A stretch of DNA of 51,567 bases from Parvularia atlantis (GCA_943704415.1 CALSCO010000284.1:1-51567), one strand, 5' to 3'. Shown: positions 1-13,900, numbered from the stretch's first letter. The notes: a model not told the origin generated them from the letters alone. Numbers and translations are program-made.

Positions 1-351
1 TACGCTGTGCAGACGAGTGCTCATCGTGCCAGAACGGCGCTACGTGCAGTCAAGGCCTCAGCGGCAAGTGCAACTGCCCAGTCAACTGGAACGGCACTTT
101 CTGCGACGTCTGTGCCGACGGCTACTTTGGACCCAGCTGTACGTCGTGCTCATCGTGCCGGAACGGTGCCACCTGCACTCAAGGCCTCAGCGGCAAGTGC
201 AACTGCCCGGTCAACTGGAACGGCACGCTCTGCGATGTCTGTGCCAATGGCTACTTTGGCCTACGCTGTGCAGACGAGTGCTCATCGTGCCAGAACGGCG
301 CTACGTGCAGTCAAGGCCTCAGCGGCAAGTGCAACTGCCCAGTCAACTGGG
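1..351 (+). repeat. Intragenic tandem duplication of EGF-coding units (period 261 nt, sub-period ~130 nt)
   Basis: nt 1-89 are identical to nt 262-350; the intermediate unit at ~146-225 is a diverged copy. Confidence 0.9.
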
Positions 352-1730
352 ACGGCCAGTTTTGCGATAAGTGTGCACGCAATTACTTCGGCCCGACGTG
401 TGATCCGTGCCTGTTCGACTGCACCAACGGCGGCCAGTGTGTGGACGGTCTCGCCGGTAACGGCACGTGTGTGTGTCCGCGCGGCTTCTCGGGTGCGTCG
501 TGCGAGGTGGCCAACTGCGAGATCATTGGCTGCAACGACAACGGCCTGTGCCAGCCGAGCGGCTTCTGCGCGTGCACGCTGGGCTGGTCGGGCGCATTCT
601 GCAATGTGCCGCAGCAGTGCAACTCGCGCTCCTGCCAGAACGGCGGCCTCTGCGTGCTGCAGGGCGACGACAACTTTGCCGCGTGTGTTTGCCAGCCGGG
701 CTACGCTGACCCGTTTTGCCAGACGCCCGTTAGCTGCCGCAACAACGCGACGCAGTGCGCCAACGGTGGCACGTGCACTGTCGTCTCGTCAAGCGAGGTT
801 GCGTGCGTGTGCCCGGCTGGCTTCAACGGCACCTTCTGCATCGAGGCATACTCGTGCAAGGCGCCCGGAGGCGACTGTGTCAACGGTGGCACGTGCGTGG
901 CCGAGGGCAGCGACGTCTTCTGCGCGTGCCCGTCAGGCTTCATGGGCGTGCGCTGCGAGCTTGCTGCGTCCAACGCAACCGACATCTTCTACCTGCTCGC
1001 GGTCGTGGGCGGCGTGGGCGCCATTTGCGTGGCCGGGTTCCTGTATGTCTACCGAGAGCGGCGCCACACGTCCGTGCGCTCGACCTACTGGTGGACGGGC
1101 CTGCTGCGGCTGCCGCTGCTGTTTACGGCCGTCTTCGACGTCATCTCGGACGCGTTCTTCCTTCTCGTGGTCAGCGAGAGCGGTGCGACGTCGTATCTGA
1201 TCACAGCGATGGTCTTCACGATTGCGCCGTACACGATCAACCTCGGCGTGGCGCTGTACGTGGGCGTGACGAACGCGCTGAGGGCGACGATCCGCGAGGA
1301 GCAGGCGTCGTGGTTCGGCGTGGTGTTGTTCGCGTTCCTGACGGGCGACGTCGGCATGGCGCTAACGCTCACGCACTCGATATTCGTCGTGCACAAGGGC
1401 CAGAACGGTAAGAACGAGGGCGGCAGCGCGCGGGCGTACTCGACGGCGTTTGGCGACGAGTCGGTCAAGGCGGCGCTTGGTCTGTTTGCAGTCCAGTTCC
1501 TGCTGCGCGATGTGCCGCACCTTGTCATCCAGGCTGTGTTCCTGTCGGGCCTGGGCCAGATCAACACGGTCGTGCTGCTGGCGCTGACCGCGACCGTCCT
1601 CAGCACCGCCGTGGGCCTGCTCACCTTCGTGTTCTTCACACTCATCCCGCTCGGCCAGACGTCGGGCGGCGTCGGCACTCGTCCGCGCGCCGACAGCTCG
1701 ATCACGCTCGAGATGCACACGCGCTACTGA
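1..1730 (+). CDS. EGF/laminin-EGF repeat protein with C-terminal multi-pass membrane domain (5' partial)
   Basis: The frame from nt 3 is open to TGA 1728-1730. It encodes repeated CQNGATCSQGLSGKCNCPVNWNGTFCDVCADGYFG units and classical EGF units (CQNGGLC..CVCQPGY, CANGGTC..CVCPAGFNGTFC, CACPSGFMGVRCE), then about 6 hydrophobic segments. No introns apparent. Confidence 0.9.
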   Translation, partial: RCADECSSCQNGATCSQGLSGKCNCPVNWNGTFCDVCADGYFGPSCTSCSSCRNGATCTQGLSGKCNCPVNWNGTLCDVCANGYFGLRCADECSSCQNGATCSQGLSGKCNCPVNWDGQFCDKCARNYFGPTCDPCLFDCTNGGQCVDGLAGNGTCVCPRGFSGASCEVANCEIIGCNDNGLCQPSGFCACTLGWSGAFCNVPQQCNSRSCQNGGLCVLQGDDNFAACVCQPGYADPFCQTPVSCRNNATQCANGGTCTVVSSSEVACVCPAGFNGTFCIEAYSCKAPGGDCVNGGTCVAEGSDVFCACPSGFMGVRCELAASNATDIFYLLAVVGGVGAICVAGFLYVYRERRHTSVRSTYWWTGLLRLPLLFTAVFDVISDAFFLLVVSESGATSYLITAMVFTIAPYTINLGVALYVGVTNALRATIREEQASWFGVVLFAFLTGDVGMALTLTHSIFVVHKGQNGKNEGGSARAYSTAFGDESVKAALGLFAVQFLLRDVPHLVIQAVFLSGLGQINTVVLLALTATVLSTAVGLLTFVFFTLIPLGQTSGGVGTRPRADSSITLEMHTRY

Positions 1731-1959
1731 TGCACAAGCCCAGCCACGCTCTTTGATTTTGCGCTTTCCGCTCTAAAAATGTCCCACCTCCTCACCTGCA
1801 CTGAACGCTGTCTGTGCGCCCGTTGACCCGCCGGCAGAAATGAGAACTGAATATCTACCTATCCTTCTCTTATCACTCGAATCATACCTGCTGGCAGAGC
1901 CCTACGTGTGTGCCGTCTGCAATGCCCGCGCATGCCTCACTTTCCTCGGCGCGCTCGCG

Positions 1960-4900
1960 ATGCGTGTGGCTGCGTCGGCGCCGGCGGACGCGGCTGCGGC
2001 GTCGCTGGCGTTGCGATTGTCGACGCAGCTCGCGTGGGACGCCGCGCCCGCCGCGCCGGCCGCGCCCGCCTCGATCGAGATGCTCACGGAGCCTGCGGCG
2101 CTCGAGCCGATGGTGCACCTGATCGTCGCCGTGGCGCTCGATCCGGCCTTTGCGCTGCGCCCGGGCGACGCCGTCGTGGCGCAGGTCGCGTTCGCGGACG
2201 AGACGCGCGAGACTGTGCGCCTCGAGGGCCCCGATGGCGACGCGGGCGAGTGCGTTGGCCCGCCCCGATCGCGCGCGCGCAACGTGATGTGTGACGTGGC
2301 GCGCGCGGCGCAAGGCTGCGCGTCTTCTCGGGCGAGCTGCGCATGACGAATGCCGAGTTCGTGCGCCGCCGATCGCTGCGCTACCGCTACGCCGTGCAGC
2401 GCGCCGTGGGCGCGGTCGAGTACGAGGCGCTCAGCGGGCCGCAGGGCAACGTGCGCCTCTGGACGCCGACCAAGTTTGCGCGGCTGCACGCTGGTGCGTC
2501 CACACGGCTGGCGTCCCGATCGCGGCTGATGCACGGCTGTGCAGTCGTGCAGGCGGTCAGCCGCTTGCAGATGTCGATGCTGGACGACGCGGTCGTGCAC
2601 GCCGCGTGGCGCTTCGACGGCATCGCGTTTGCCGGGCAGCGCCGCGTCTCGCCCGCCATCGAGCTCGTCGGCTTCTCGGCTCACGTGGTGGCGCTGCTGC
2701 GCATGTGCGTCGCCGTGGCCTCGCTCTTGTGCGTGGCGCTGACGGCTCGCGCAGGATCTCGGCGCGGGTGGACGCGGTCACGTTCCACGGTTTCCGCTGG
2801 CTGCTGCACGAGCTGCTGCTGTGCTTCACCGACTCACGCATGTTTGCGCTGTCGGACGACGAGTACACGGTGCCGACGCTGCTGCACGCGCAGCTGCTCG
2901 AGATCATCCGGGTGCGTGCCCGCCGCGGCCGGCTCACGTATCTGACGCGATCGCAGGCGCTCGGCAGCAAGGCGCCGGTTTACATGCGCGTGCAGCTGCT
3001 GCTCGAGGTGGCACTGTTTGCCGAGCGCGCAACACAGCGGGACGGCAGCGACCGTGCGCAGTCGCTGCTCGACGACCTGGTGCAGATCGCGGGCGAGCTC
3101 GCCCTGCAGCCACGCGACCAGAACCCGTGGAATCGCACGCAAACGGTGCACGTGCCTGCAGCCTCGCACGGCCGCGCTGACGTTGGCGTCGCAGCGCTCG
3201 GTTACGCCGTTCCTGTGGGCGAACGACGTCTTCAGGCAGGAGGTGGGCCCGTCAATCCCGCAGCCGCTCTCGCCGCTCGCGTCCAACTTTAGCGACCTCG
3301 CGCACGCTGCGCTCTGGCCGGTGATCGTCCGGGTGCGTGCGCTCACGTGGCGCATACATGTGCAGCTGACCAAGCGTGCCCGCACAGCTCCGGACGCAGC
3401 GTCCCGACTGGTACCAGCTGCTGCTACTGGCGCACCGCGTGGCAGACGCAGCCCAGTGCGTGCATGATTAAGGTGGTTGCCCGCTGACAACTCGTGCAGC
3501 AACCAGCGCTTCTACGTGGATGCGCGACGGCTGGTGAGCGACAAGGCGCCGGCCGAGGCGGCAATGCTGATCACCGTGTGCCTCGAGAATCCGCTGTTCC
3601 AGGCGCTGGCCATGCGCGTGGGCCCGCTGAGCAGTGCGTTCGCACTTGTGCCCATGAGTTCTGCCTGCTCACGGGAGCTGCTAGTCATCACGCAGCGGCC
3701 AAAGCTGCTGTCGACCATGCCGCTGCACCACGTCCTCTACGCGTGCGCCGTCAACCTGCGCGAGTGGCCGCAGTGCTACGACGAGTACGCACCCCACCTC
3801 ACGCACTGCCGCTGCGCTCACACGAGCACACACAGCGTCCTCGGCATTGTGCGCCGGCTCAGCGAGAGCAGCCACCCGGCGCTGGGCGAAGAGGACGTCG
3901 GCGCGTTCCACGCGCTCGTGGCTGCCGCGCTCGGTCTGCCGCAAATGAACTCGCTGCACCCCCCGCTCGACGGCCTCAAAGAAATCCTGCTGTTTGTGCA
4001 GGTGCGGCGCGGCTCCGGCTCGCCGCAGGACCAGCAGCGGTGCGGACGCTCTCGTGCTGCGTGCACCTTGCGTGCTGACATTGCGCGCACAGCGTCACGC
4101 ACATCACGCGCGTCTGCGGCGGCCTGCTGAGCGACTGGCTGCGCACGACGTTCACCGAGCCGATGTTTGCCAAACGCCCGGGCGAGGACCTCGACTACCT
4201 GGCGCAGGTGTTTGTGCTCGCCGACCGCCTGTGCCACCTGCACGGCAACGCGGCCTTTGTGCGCGGTGCGCCCAGCTGGTGAGGTGGACGTGGCCTGTGC
4301 TGACTGATCACCGCTGCAGACAATCTCTGGTGGCCGGCGCCGTTCAAGCTCGCGATCAACGAGATCCTTCAGGAGACGACCGACATCGATGTCTATGAGC
4401 GCTGGGTGCCGAACCTGCCGCACGAGGAGCTGTCCTCTCTTATCAGCGACCTGCTGCTTGACAAGGGTGCGCGTGGGACCGCAAAGCGGTGCAGCGCGCT
4501 GACACGGGGCGCTCAGCCGGCCTGGCGCTGCGCCGCATGCTCGACCTCAAGTCGTTCGCGCTGGCCATCGACCGCCTGCTCGATGCGCACGAGGCCACAC
4601 TCGCCGTCTTTCGCCGCACACGCGCCGTGGCGCACTGGTTCGCCGAGTACGCCAACAGCTTCAACGACTTTGAGCGCTCGGTCTTGCAGTGGCCGCACTG
4701 GTCGCGGTGCGCTGCTTGCACCGGCACACGTTCGCGCACACGCTGACCTCCCGCACGCAGCATCATCCGTCTGTTTGCCCGCCCATCACCGCGGCCGGAC
4801 GCCGTGCGTGCCGTGTGCGTGTGCTCGGCTGTCGCTCAAGCCCCGCGCCGCAGGTCGTCGAGCAGGCGTGCACGCTCGCCGCCCGTGCTAGTGCATACCT

Positions 4901-7900
4901 CGCGTCGCTCGTGCGGCGTCTGCAGTCGGGCGACATCGACCGCGTCGAGCTTCAGCACCTGCACGACAACACTGAACAGAGGTGCGCACACGCACACGCG
5001 CATTGTCTGCACTTGTTCACACGACGTCGCAGCATTGCGCTGCTCGAGGGCGAGAAGCGCCAGCCCGCCGGCACGCTGGCGCTGCGCTTCGCCGCTGTCG
5101 AGGCCGTGAGCGTGTACCACCGGCGCTTTGCGTGGCTGCTGGACCTCGTCAAGTCGCACCAGCCGGGCAGCAACGACAGCCGGCACCGGGTGCGCCCGCT
5201 GACCCCACCTCCACGTCGACTCATGCTCGCGTCACAGGCTGCCCTGGTGGAGGCGCGGAACCTCGCCAAGCCGCTGCGTCAGCTTGTCGACATGGCCACG
5301 AACCACGAAGGCAGCGAGACCGTGCCCGTGCGTCGCCTGCGGCTCTGTGCCCGCTCTGGCTGACATTGCCACGACGCGCAGATCCTGCCGCTACTGCCGC
5401 TTGCGACACTGTACGCGCTCGAGCGCTTCAGCGAGGCGCACCACAGCCCGCTCTTTATGCGCCAGGCGTGGCAGCCCGTGCTCGCAAGCAGCGGCGCAGT
5501 GCTGCGATCGGGCGAGCCGCTCGACCTCTCGCTCGTGCACGCGCAGCTTATGGTGCCCTCGCTCGCGGCCTGGGAGACGCTCTTCCGCCGGCTCAACAGC
5601 ACTGACGGCCTAACGCTGCTCGAGGTGCACTTCCCGCTAGCGCGTGCACTGCTCGTGGCTGACGTGCGACGCAGTGCGCGAGCGTCTTTCCTGCCGAGGC
5701 GTACACGAACACCGCGCTGCTGCAGCACGACTTTGAGGTGCTCAGTGCCACGGCCCACGCGCGCCTGCGGTCGCCGGACCCGGCCTGGGTCGCAGCACAG
5801 CTGCGCATCGTGCAGCTGTTCCTCAACCTGCCGCGCATCGCACGCAACGCCGCCGCGTTGCTCGACACGGCTCAGTGCGTCTCTGCCCGCCCGTGGACCT
5901 CGTGCTGGCTGATGGTCGGCGCGCAGCACACTCGGCCTCGAGCTACAGCCGTCCGGCATTGGAGCGCACGTGCAGTCCTTTGGGCAACACGCGAGCGTGC
6001 CGTACCAGCGCCGTCTGCTGACCGCGTGGGCGCACGAGGCGTTTGAGCTGCAGGTGCGCCGCCCTGCCGATGTCGCTGCATCTCTCACGCGCCGCGCCAG
6101 GTTGCCGAGCCGCTGCAGTCGCTGACAGAGTCGCAGTACAACTGCCTTTTCGCGCTGCCGCGCATGCAGCGCTTCGTCGACTGGCTGCAGGTGCGCGTGC
6201 GGCCTCGTCCTCGCTTCCTCCACACTGACGCACGGCCAGACGACCGCGTACACAAACGACGCCAAGTTCAGCGAAATCTACTCGATCCTGAGCCAGACGG
6301 TCGAGGGCGACGTCGAGCTCGACCGTGTTGACGCGTTCCGTATCGTGCGCGACCACGTCGTGACGATGTTGCGCCTGCCGCGCGAGTGCACGGCCGCCGA
6401 CGTCGTGCGGGTGCGCGGGCACGAGGGGCTCCGCTGCGGGTGCTGACCGGACTTGCGCAGGCGGTGCAGTCGACACGCGCGACGCTCTCGGTCGAAAAGC
6501 TCGTGAGCAAGAACGACGAGGTCGAGTGGCTGCAGAACCTGCGCGAGCGCGTCGAGGTAGACACGTGCGCTAGTGGGTGCACGCATGCGATGCCTGATCG
6601 CGCGCGCTCACGGCAGAGCTCCGAGGAGGTCAACTCGGCGACGCAGGTCGGCCGGCTGCTCTCTCTCTTCTCGTTTGAGGTGGGCCTGAGGCCAGCCGCA
6701 GCCGCGTGAGTACCGCGCAGGCACCTCGTGCAGCATCTCACGCGCCCCGTTGTAAGCGCATCGCAGCGTGCAGTGCGCACCATTGAGGCGGCGACCGAGC
6801 TGGGCGACCTGCTCAACGTCGTGCGCATGACGCGCGCGGGCTATGATGAAGCGTACGACATCGACAAGCTCGACGACCTGCGCAGCCGCCTGGTGCGTCT
6901 TTGGCCGTTGCGTGCGCTGTTTTCTTAACACCGCTTCAGATGCTCGTCATGGGCGACGCGGCCGAGGGCGTGCGTGTGGCCGACATGGACGACAGCCGGC
7001 AACAGGCGCTGCACAGCGCGTCCGTCTTCACGCGCATGCTCGACGCTGCAGTGGCGCTCGGCACGGCTGTGATGCAGCTGCACCGCGCCGGCTACCACGG
7101 CCCCGCGACGGCCGTGGAGCGCTTCGCGACCACGGCCGAGGGCCTGCGCGCGATCAAGGAGCGGACGGTCACGCTCGAGCACGGGCTGCGCGCGTGGCTG
7201 GACAGCGTCGAGCACTTGCGCGCGCGCCACGCCTCGCTCAACTTCTTCTCGCTGCAGCAGCTCACGGCCATGGGCGAGCTGCTCAGGCGGCTCGCGAGCG
7301 CGCGTGGCACGGACCAGGACGCGGTCGAGCTGGCCGCGCTGCTGCACGTCATATCGCCGCACATTGCTGCCGCCGTCGGCTCGCCGATGGTGCGCTCGCT
7401 GCGCAACGGGTTGGCCGTGCCGATCATGCAAACGCGCGTGCAGGTGGGCGAGGTACCACCGGTCGCGCAGATGTTTGTGCAGACGCAGGCCGAGCAGGGC
7501 CCTGGCGCGCCGTTCCTGGCTGTCGTGGGCGCGTTCCTGGACAAGGTCTTGCAGCGCGCTCTGCTGTCGAACGCGCCCGATGCCGCGGCCGAGTCGATGA
7601 TGCTCGACCAGATGGCGCTCGTGCGCGCCGCGAGCCGGCCGTACTATACCGTCGTCGTCGATCGGCAGTGGTTCAGCGCGATGGTCGCCTTCGCGCGCAG
7701 CAGGAGCCTTCCGTGCGTGACGCCGCCGCCCCCGTGCTGAGCGCCTGCTGATCGGCTGACGCAGACTGCCGTGGCACCCGGCGCGCGCGCTCTTCTGCAC
7801 GCCGAGCACGACCGCCGAGGAGCTCGAGCTGTTCTGTCGGCGGCTCATCGCGTCCAACGCCGTGCTCGGCGACACTGTGCGGCCGGTCTTCTGCCTCTGC

Positions 7901-10900
7901 GTGCCGAGCAGGGCGCACCTATCGCGCCGCCTGCAAGAGCGCGCGCTCAAGCTGCTGCTGTCACAGGAGGCCGCGGCCGCGCGGTACGCCAGCCCTGCAA
8001 GCTCGCTGCGTTGCCGACGATGTTTGTGCGCAGCTCGCAACTGCTCGTGCTGTGCGGCGAGGCGACGGACCTGTCCGACATCCTGCTCAGCTCGGGCGCG
8101 ATGAGCCCGCTGACGCAGCTGCCCGAGCTTGCGACGCTGCAGGAGTTTGTGCGGACGTCTCTCTGGCGCCCCGACGTGGTGCGTCTCCTCCCCGTGCGTC
8201 CACCGCAGCTGAGCGGTGCGTCTGCAGCATTTGCCGCAGGTGCTCGTGGTCACGTCGGCGCGGTCGGGCTGTGGCAAGACGCGCACGATTGCCGGCATCG
8301 CCGCCGCGCGCCGGCTGCAGCAGGTGGACGTGTCGGTGCACGAGGCGAGCACGCTCGACGAGATCGCCCGGCAGCTGCGCGAGCGGGCGCCGTACACGAC
8401 CGACGTGAACCGGCGACCGGCGCTGCGCCTCAGCGCGAACGCAATCGACCGCCCGGCACTGCTCGACGAGCTCGTGTTCCGCCTGCTCGTCGTCGGCTTT
8501 GTCGCGGACGCCGACGGCGCGGTGTGGCACTGCGGCGCGTCCGTGGCCAGCGTGCTGGTCGAGTGCCCCGCGCCCGAGTGCTTCTCGCCGCTCACACGCG
8601 CCGTGCTGACGATGATGCCGACCACCGTGTGCCCGTCCGCGCTGCAGCTCCGCAACGGCGTCCAGGTGTGCCGCGCTTGCTCGTCCAACTTTGCGCTGAT
8701 TGCGTTGCCTGTAGCTGCGCATGGATGTGCCCGTCGACTTTGCCGCGAGCTTCTACGACGACCAGTACCAGCGCGTCGCGTTCCACCTGCGCAACCGGCC
8801 GACGGAGGACACGATGCGCATGCACGCGTTCGTCCCGACCTTGCACCGCGTACAGAGCCTGGACGTGCTGCGGGTGAGAGTGCGGACGCGGCAGGCGACC
8901 GGGGCTCACGCGCGGCCGCAGGACATCATGTCTGTCTTCAGCTCGACCGCCGAGCACGAGCGCGACCGCAACGTGGCCGACCCGCCCATGCGCCTGATCG
9001 CGTACCTGGTCGCGTTTCTCAGCGCACAGTTCACAATGCTCGAGCAGAACCCGATGCTGCTCTCGATCGACGACGCGCGCTGGAAGGGCATGTGCGTAGC
9101 CCGCGTGGCGCGTCGCGCGTTTCTTGTCGCGCCTGACGTGCCGGCTGCAGGGTGCAGTTTGTCGTCAACACGAGCATCGAGACGTCGACGGATCTGGCCA
9201 GCCCCTCACTCAGCCTCTTCTCGCAAGACCGTGCGTCGCATTGTGCGGGCTCACAGGTTGGTCGCTGATGCTTTGGCCGCTTTGCAGTGCAGCGCGGCGG
9301 CGACACGAACATGGACGCGGACGTGGCGAACCCGAACGACCTGCTCGCGGCGCTGCAGTTCCGCCGGACGTGGTCGAGCACCAACCACCACTTTGTGCTG
9401 ACCAAGAGCGACGGTGTGCCGCTGCGGCTTGCCGGGTGAAACGGCTGACGCCCGGCTGACGCAGGCACGTTTGCGTTCTTCGGCTTCAACATCACGCGCC
9501 TCGGCAAGACCAAGGACGCGTTCCGGCGCACGGTGCTGTCGGAGCAGCTGTTCACGGTGCTCGACAGGCACGGCGTGGTGCGTGTGTGGCGCCGTGCTGT
9601 CTCGTGGCACACGCGCGCTCACGGCGCCACGCCAGAACCTGCTCGCCAACCCGAACGAGACGTCCGAGCAGCGGCGCGAGCGCTTTCTCGAGACGATCTG
9701 CTACGCGTGCCGGCCCGGCGCGGACGTGTTCGATCCGGACCCGAGCTACGTGCTGACGGAGGACAACGTGCGCAAGCTGCTGTCGATCCACTTCCGTTTC
9801 GAGACGGGCGTGCCCGTGGTGATCATGGGCGAGACCGGCTGCGGCAAGACGCGCCTCGTGACCTTCCTGGCCGGACTGCTCTCGGGCGAGCCCATCCGCG
9901 GCGTGCACGCTGACAACCTCGTGCTGCTCAAGGTGCACGGCGGCACGACGCTGAACGACCTGCGCGGCGCGGCGCACCGTGCGCTCGTGATGACGCAGGG
10001 CGGGCGGAAGGCTATCCTGTTCCTGGACGAGTGCAACACGTCCGAGCACATGAGCTTCATCAAGGAGGTACGTCAGACCCGCGCCGTCGTCAATCTCTCA
10101 CGTTCGTTCGTGTGCAGCTCGTCTGCGACCGCTTCATAGACGGGCGCCCGCTCAGCAACGCCGACGTGCACATCATCGCCGTCTGCAACCCGTACCGCAA
10201 GCACAGCGACGCGATCATCCGCAGGCTCGCCGAGGCCGGCCTGGGCTACCGCACGAGCGACCAGGCGACCGAGGTGTGCGCGCGACTGTATACGCGACGC
10301 AGTCGTTGATCACGACGCGCGTACCGTCCAGAAAATGGGCTCAATCCCGCTGCGCCACCTCGTCTACCGCGTGCAGCCGCTGCCCGAGGCGATGGCCGAG
10401 GTCGCATGGGACTTTGGCGCGCTCGACGACAAGTCCGAGAAGAGCTACATCGAGAGCCTGGTCATGCAGCATCTGAGCAAGCTGCCGGTGCGTCTGATCA
10501 GTCGCACGTAGAGCAGTCCAGCTGACGTGCCACGCAGGACCTGCAAGACCCGCCGGCGATCCACTACGCGATCACGCTCATCCTCGCGAGCGCGCAAAAG
10601 TTCATGCGCACGCAGCCGGACGAGTGCTCGTTCGTATCCCTCCGCGACATCGAGCGCGCGCTCGAGCTCTTTGCGTTCTTCTTCCGCTTCCGCTACCTGT
10701 TTGACGGCGCCGGTGCGTTGCATCGCCGCGCCCGCGACGGCTGCTGACCGGGAGATCGCAGACGGCCGGCTGCTGCTCAAGCGTGCGTATGAGGGCGACC
10801 AGCGCGACACGCTCGTCGCAGGCATGCACCAGGAGGCCTACTGGCGCATGATCGAGCGCGCGCTCGTGCTCATGATCGTCGTCTGCTACCAGAACAAGCT

Positions 10901-13900
10901 CAGGTGCGCGATCTCGGTGTTGCACCCGTGAGAGCTGACCCGATGCGCTCAGCGACGACAGCAAGCGCACCGCATTTCAGCGGGTGGTCGCCCCACTCGC
11001 CATTCCGCGGCTGAAGCAGGTGCGCTCTGCTTGCGTGTGCTGCGTGCGCTGCGCTGACGCGTGCTTGCAGAACGTGGCCGAGTGCACGGCCGTGTTTGCC
11101 GAGTACGTCGCGCTCGCACAGGAGATGATCGTCGAAAACGTGCATCTGCCCGTGGGTATTGCGCGCAACCACGCCCTGTCCGAGAACCTGTTCATGATGT
11201 TTGTCTGCATCCAGCTGGCGATCCCGCTCGTGGTGCGTTTTGCGCTGCTTGCGCTCGTCTGTGCTGACGTTGCGGCAGCTCGTCGGCAAGCCCGGCAGCA
11301 GCAAGTCTCTCGCGAAGCAGCTGCTGCAGACGGCCATGGCCGGCGGCCGCTCGCACGACGGCTTCTTCCGCCACTTCCGCGAGATCCAGCTGTTTTCGTA
11401 CCAGTGCTCGCCGCTCTCGGTCTCGGACGGCATTATCGAGACGTTCCTGCGCGCCAAGCGGCTGCAAGTTTGTTTGTGCACTACAGCGCGTGGTTGTGAC
11501 GTCTCACAGCCGCGCACAGGACAAGAAGAACGGCTACGCCGAGGCCGAGCCGGGCGCGGCGACGGGCGTGCCGCAGGACGCGTCCTACGTCTCTGTGGTG
11601 GTGCTAGACGAGGTGGGGCTGGCCGAGGACTCGCCGCGCATGCCGCTCAAGGTGTTGCACGCGCTCTTGGAGGAGCGCCGCGTCGCGTTTGTCGGCATCT
11701 CCAACTGGGCGCTCGACCCGGCCAAGATGAATCGCGCAGTGCGTTTGTGGTCGTAGGCACCCGCCTGTGCTCACGGCCGCGCCTGCAGATTCAAATCACG
11801 CGCACGAGCCCTGGTGGCGACGAGCTCGTCAACACGGCGCGCGGCATCTGCCTCGCCGGCAGCGACGCGGCGGTGCGCGAGAATGTGTGCGCACTTTGCA
11901 GCTCGTGCTGACGCTGCGCCAGCTCGATCCGACGGTCGAGCGCCTGCTGCAGCCGCTGGCGGACGCGTACCGCAGCGTGTCCGAGAGCGCGACGCTGCCG
12001 GGCGCCGTCGAGCGCCCGCGCGACTTTTACGGCCTGCGCGACTTCTACTTCCTGATCAAGAGTGCGTGTTTGCGGCTGTGCGGCGACAGACTGACCGCTC
12101 GCCGTTCAGCCGTGCTGCAGATGACGCAGAAGAATCGCGGCCGCCCGCTGACAGCGCTGCAGCTCGACACGGCCATCCGGCGCAACTTTGGCGGTGTGCA
12201 GAACCTTGACGAGGTCATCGCGCGCTTCTTCGTCGCCGCGGGCATCGAGGTACGTGCGCGGTATCGCGTGTGTGCCAAGCTTACACGGGCGCCCGCCAGC
12301 GCCCGGCGCCGTCAACAACCGTGTCGCAGCTCGCGCTGATTGCCGACTGCCTCAGGCGCCAGGCCGCGCAGGGTGCGCTCACTTGCCTGAGCATGCACAG
12401 CTATCGCCATGACACGGCCGTGTGCAGAAATGCGCGCATTCGCCGACGTGCGCTACCTGCTCGTGCTGACGCAGCAGCAGTCGGCGTTCAGTATCTTGTT
12501 CACGCGCGGCCTGCTCGACGTGCGCCAGACCGAGGTCTTTGTCGGCTCGGCGTTCCCGCGCGACCAGTCGTACGCGCAGGTCTGCCGCAAGATCAACCGG
12601 ATCAAGGCGCGTCTGTGTGCGCACGGACCGTGCTGCGCTGACCTTTGTGCGCAGGTGTGTATGGAAACCGGCCGGACGGTGCTGCTTCTCAACATGGAGT
12701 CGCTGTACGAGTCGCTGTACGACCTGCTCAACGGATCGTACTCGTTCGCCGGCGAGCAGCGCTACGTCGACCTCGGCCTCGGCTCGCACCGCGTCAAGTG
12801 CCGCGTGCACCCGGCCTTCCGGCTGCTCATCGTCGCTGAGCAGGACAAGGTGCGTGACATGCTTGTGTGTTTTGCTGTCGCGCGTTGAACCAGCGTGGGG
12901 TGCAGGTCTACCGCGAGTACGCCATCCCGCTCATCAACCGGCTGGAGAAGCACACGCTGTCGACGGCGAACCTGCTGCGCGAGCTGACGAGCGGCAGCGA
13001 GGCTGAGTCGATCGTGCGTGTCTCGTCCGCTCTTCTGCTTGTCTCGCTCAGACGCGACTGCACACAGGCCGTGCAGCTCAAGGACAGCCTCGACCGCTGG
13101 CTGGCGCAGGTCGTGCCGTGCGGTGCGGGTGCGGCGGGCATGCGCCGGGACATGCGCGGGCTGCTCTTCTGCGGCTTTGCCGCGGGCAACACGAACCTGC
13201 TGCCGTCGCTCGTCTGGCAGCTTGTCACGTCGGCGCTGCCGGGCACGGACCTGGTCGAGTTTGAGCGTGAGGCGCTGCGCCGGCTGCTCGCGATCGCGAC
13301 GCCCGAGGGCGTGCTGCTGGCGTCGCGTAACCCCGCCGCGACCGCGAGTGTGCACACGATGCAGGCGGGCTACTGGGCCGCGCACGCGCACGACCGGCTC
13401 AGCTCGCTGCTGCGGACGTGGCTGCGGGACGACGACGACGCGCGGCTGCTCGTCATGACGCACGCACGCCCGCCCACGACCGAGCAGCTGCTGGGCGAGA
13501 TCCGCGAGGTGGCGCCGCAGCTGGGCCTATTTGCGGGTGCGCACGACGTCGAGGTGCTGCCGCTACAGCAGTACGAGAGCGAGGAGCAGCTGATCGAGGA
13601 CGTGCGGGCGTTCAGCACGGGCAAGCGCGCCCTCGCGGCCGGCCAGGCGCTTGGGCCGCACCGCCTGCTCGTCATTGTCTCACCCGACAGCCACCGCAAC
13701 GCCGGCCTGCTGACGTGCGCCAAGCTGATCGTGCAGAACCACACGCGCGCTGCCGTGCCGTATATGCACATTGTCCTGATGGTGTGCCTGTGCCCGGCTC
13801 GCTCGATCGACTCTTGACGCGGCGCGCGCGCGCGCATGACAGGCTACGCTCGACCGCAGCTCCGCGCCGACGCTCGAGATCAGCTACGACGGCATCTGGA

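Noticed and set aside
1..351. Regularly spaced repeats resembling a CRISPR array
   Set aside because: They are in-frame EGF-coding repeats with no unique spacers and no cas genes, in a eukaryotic context.
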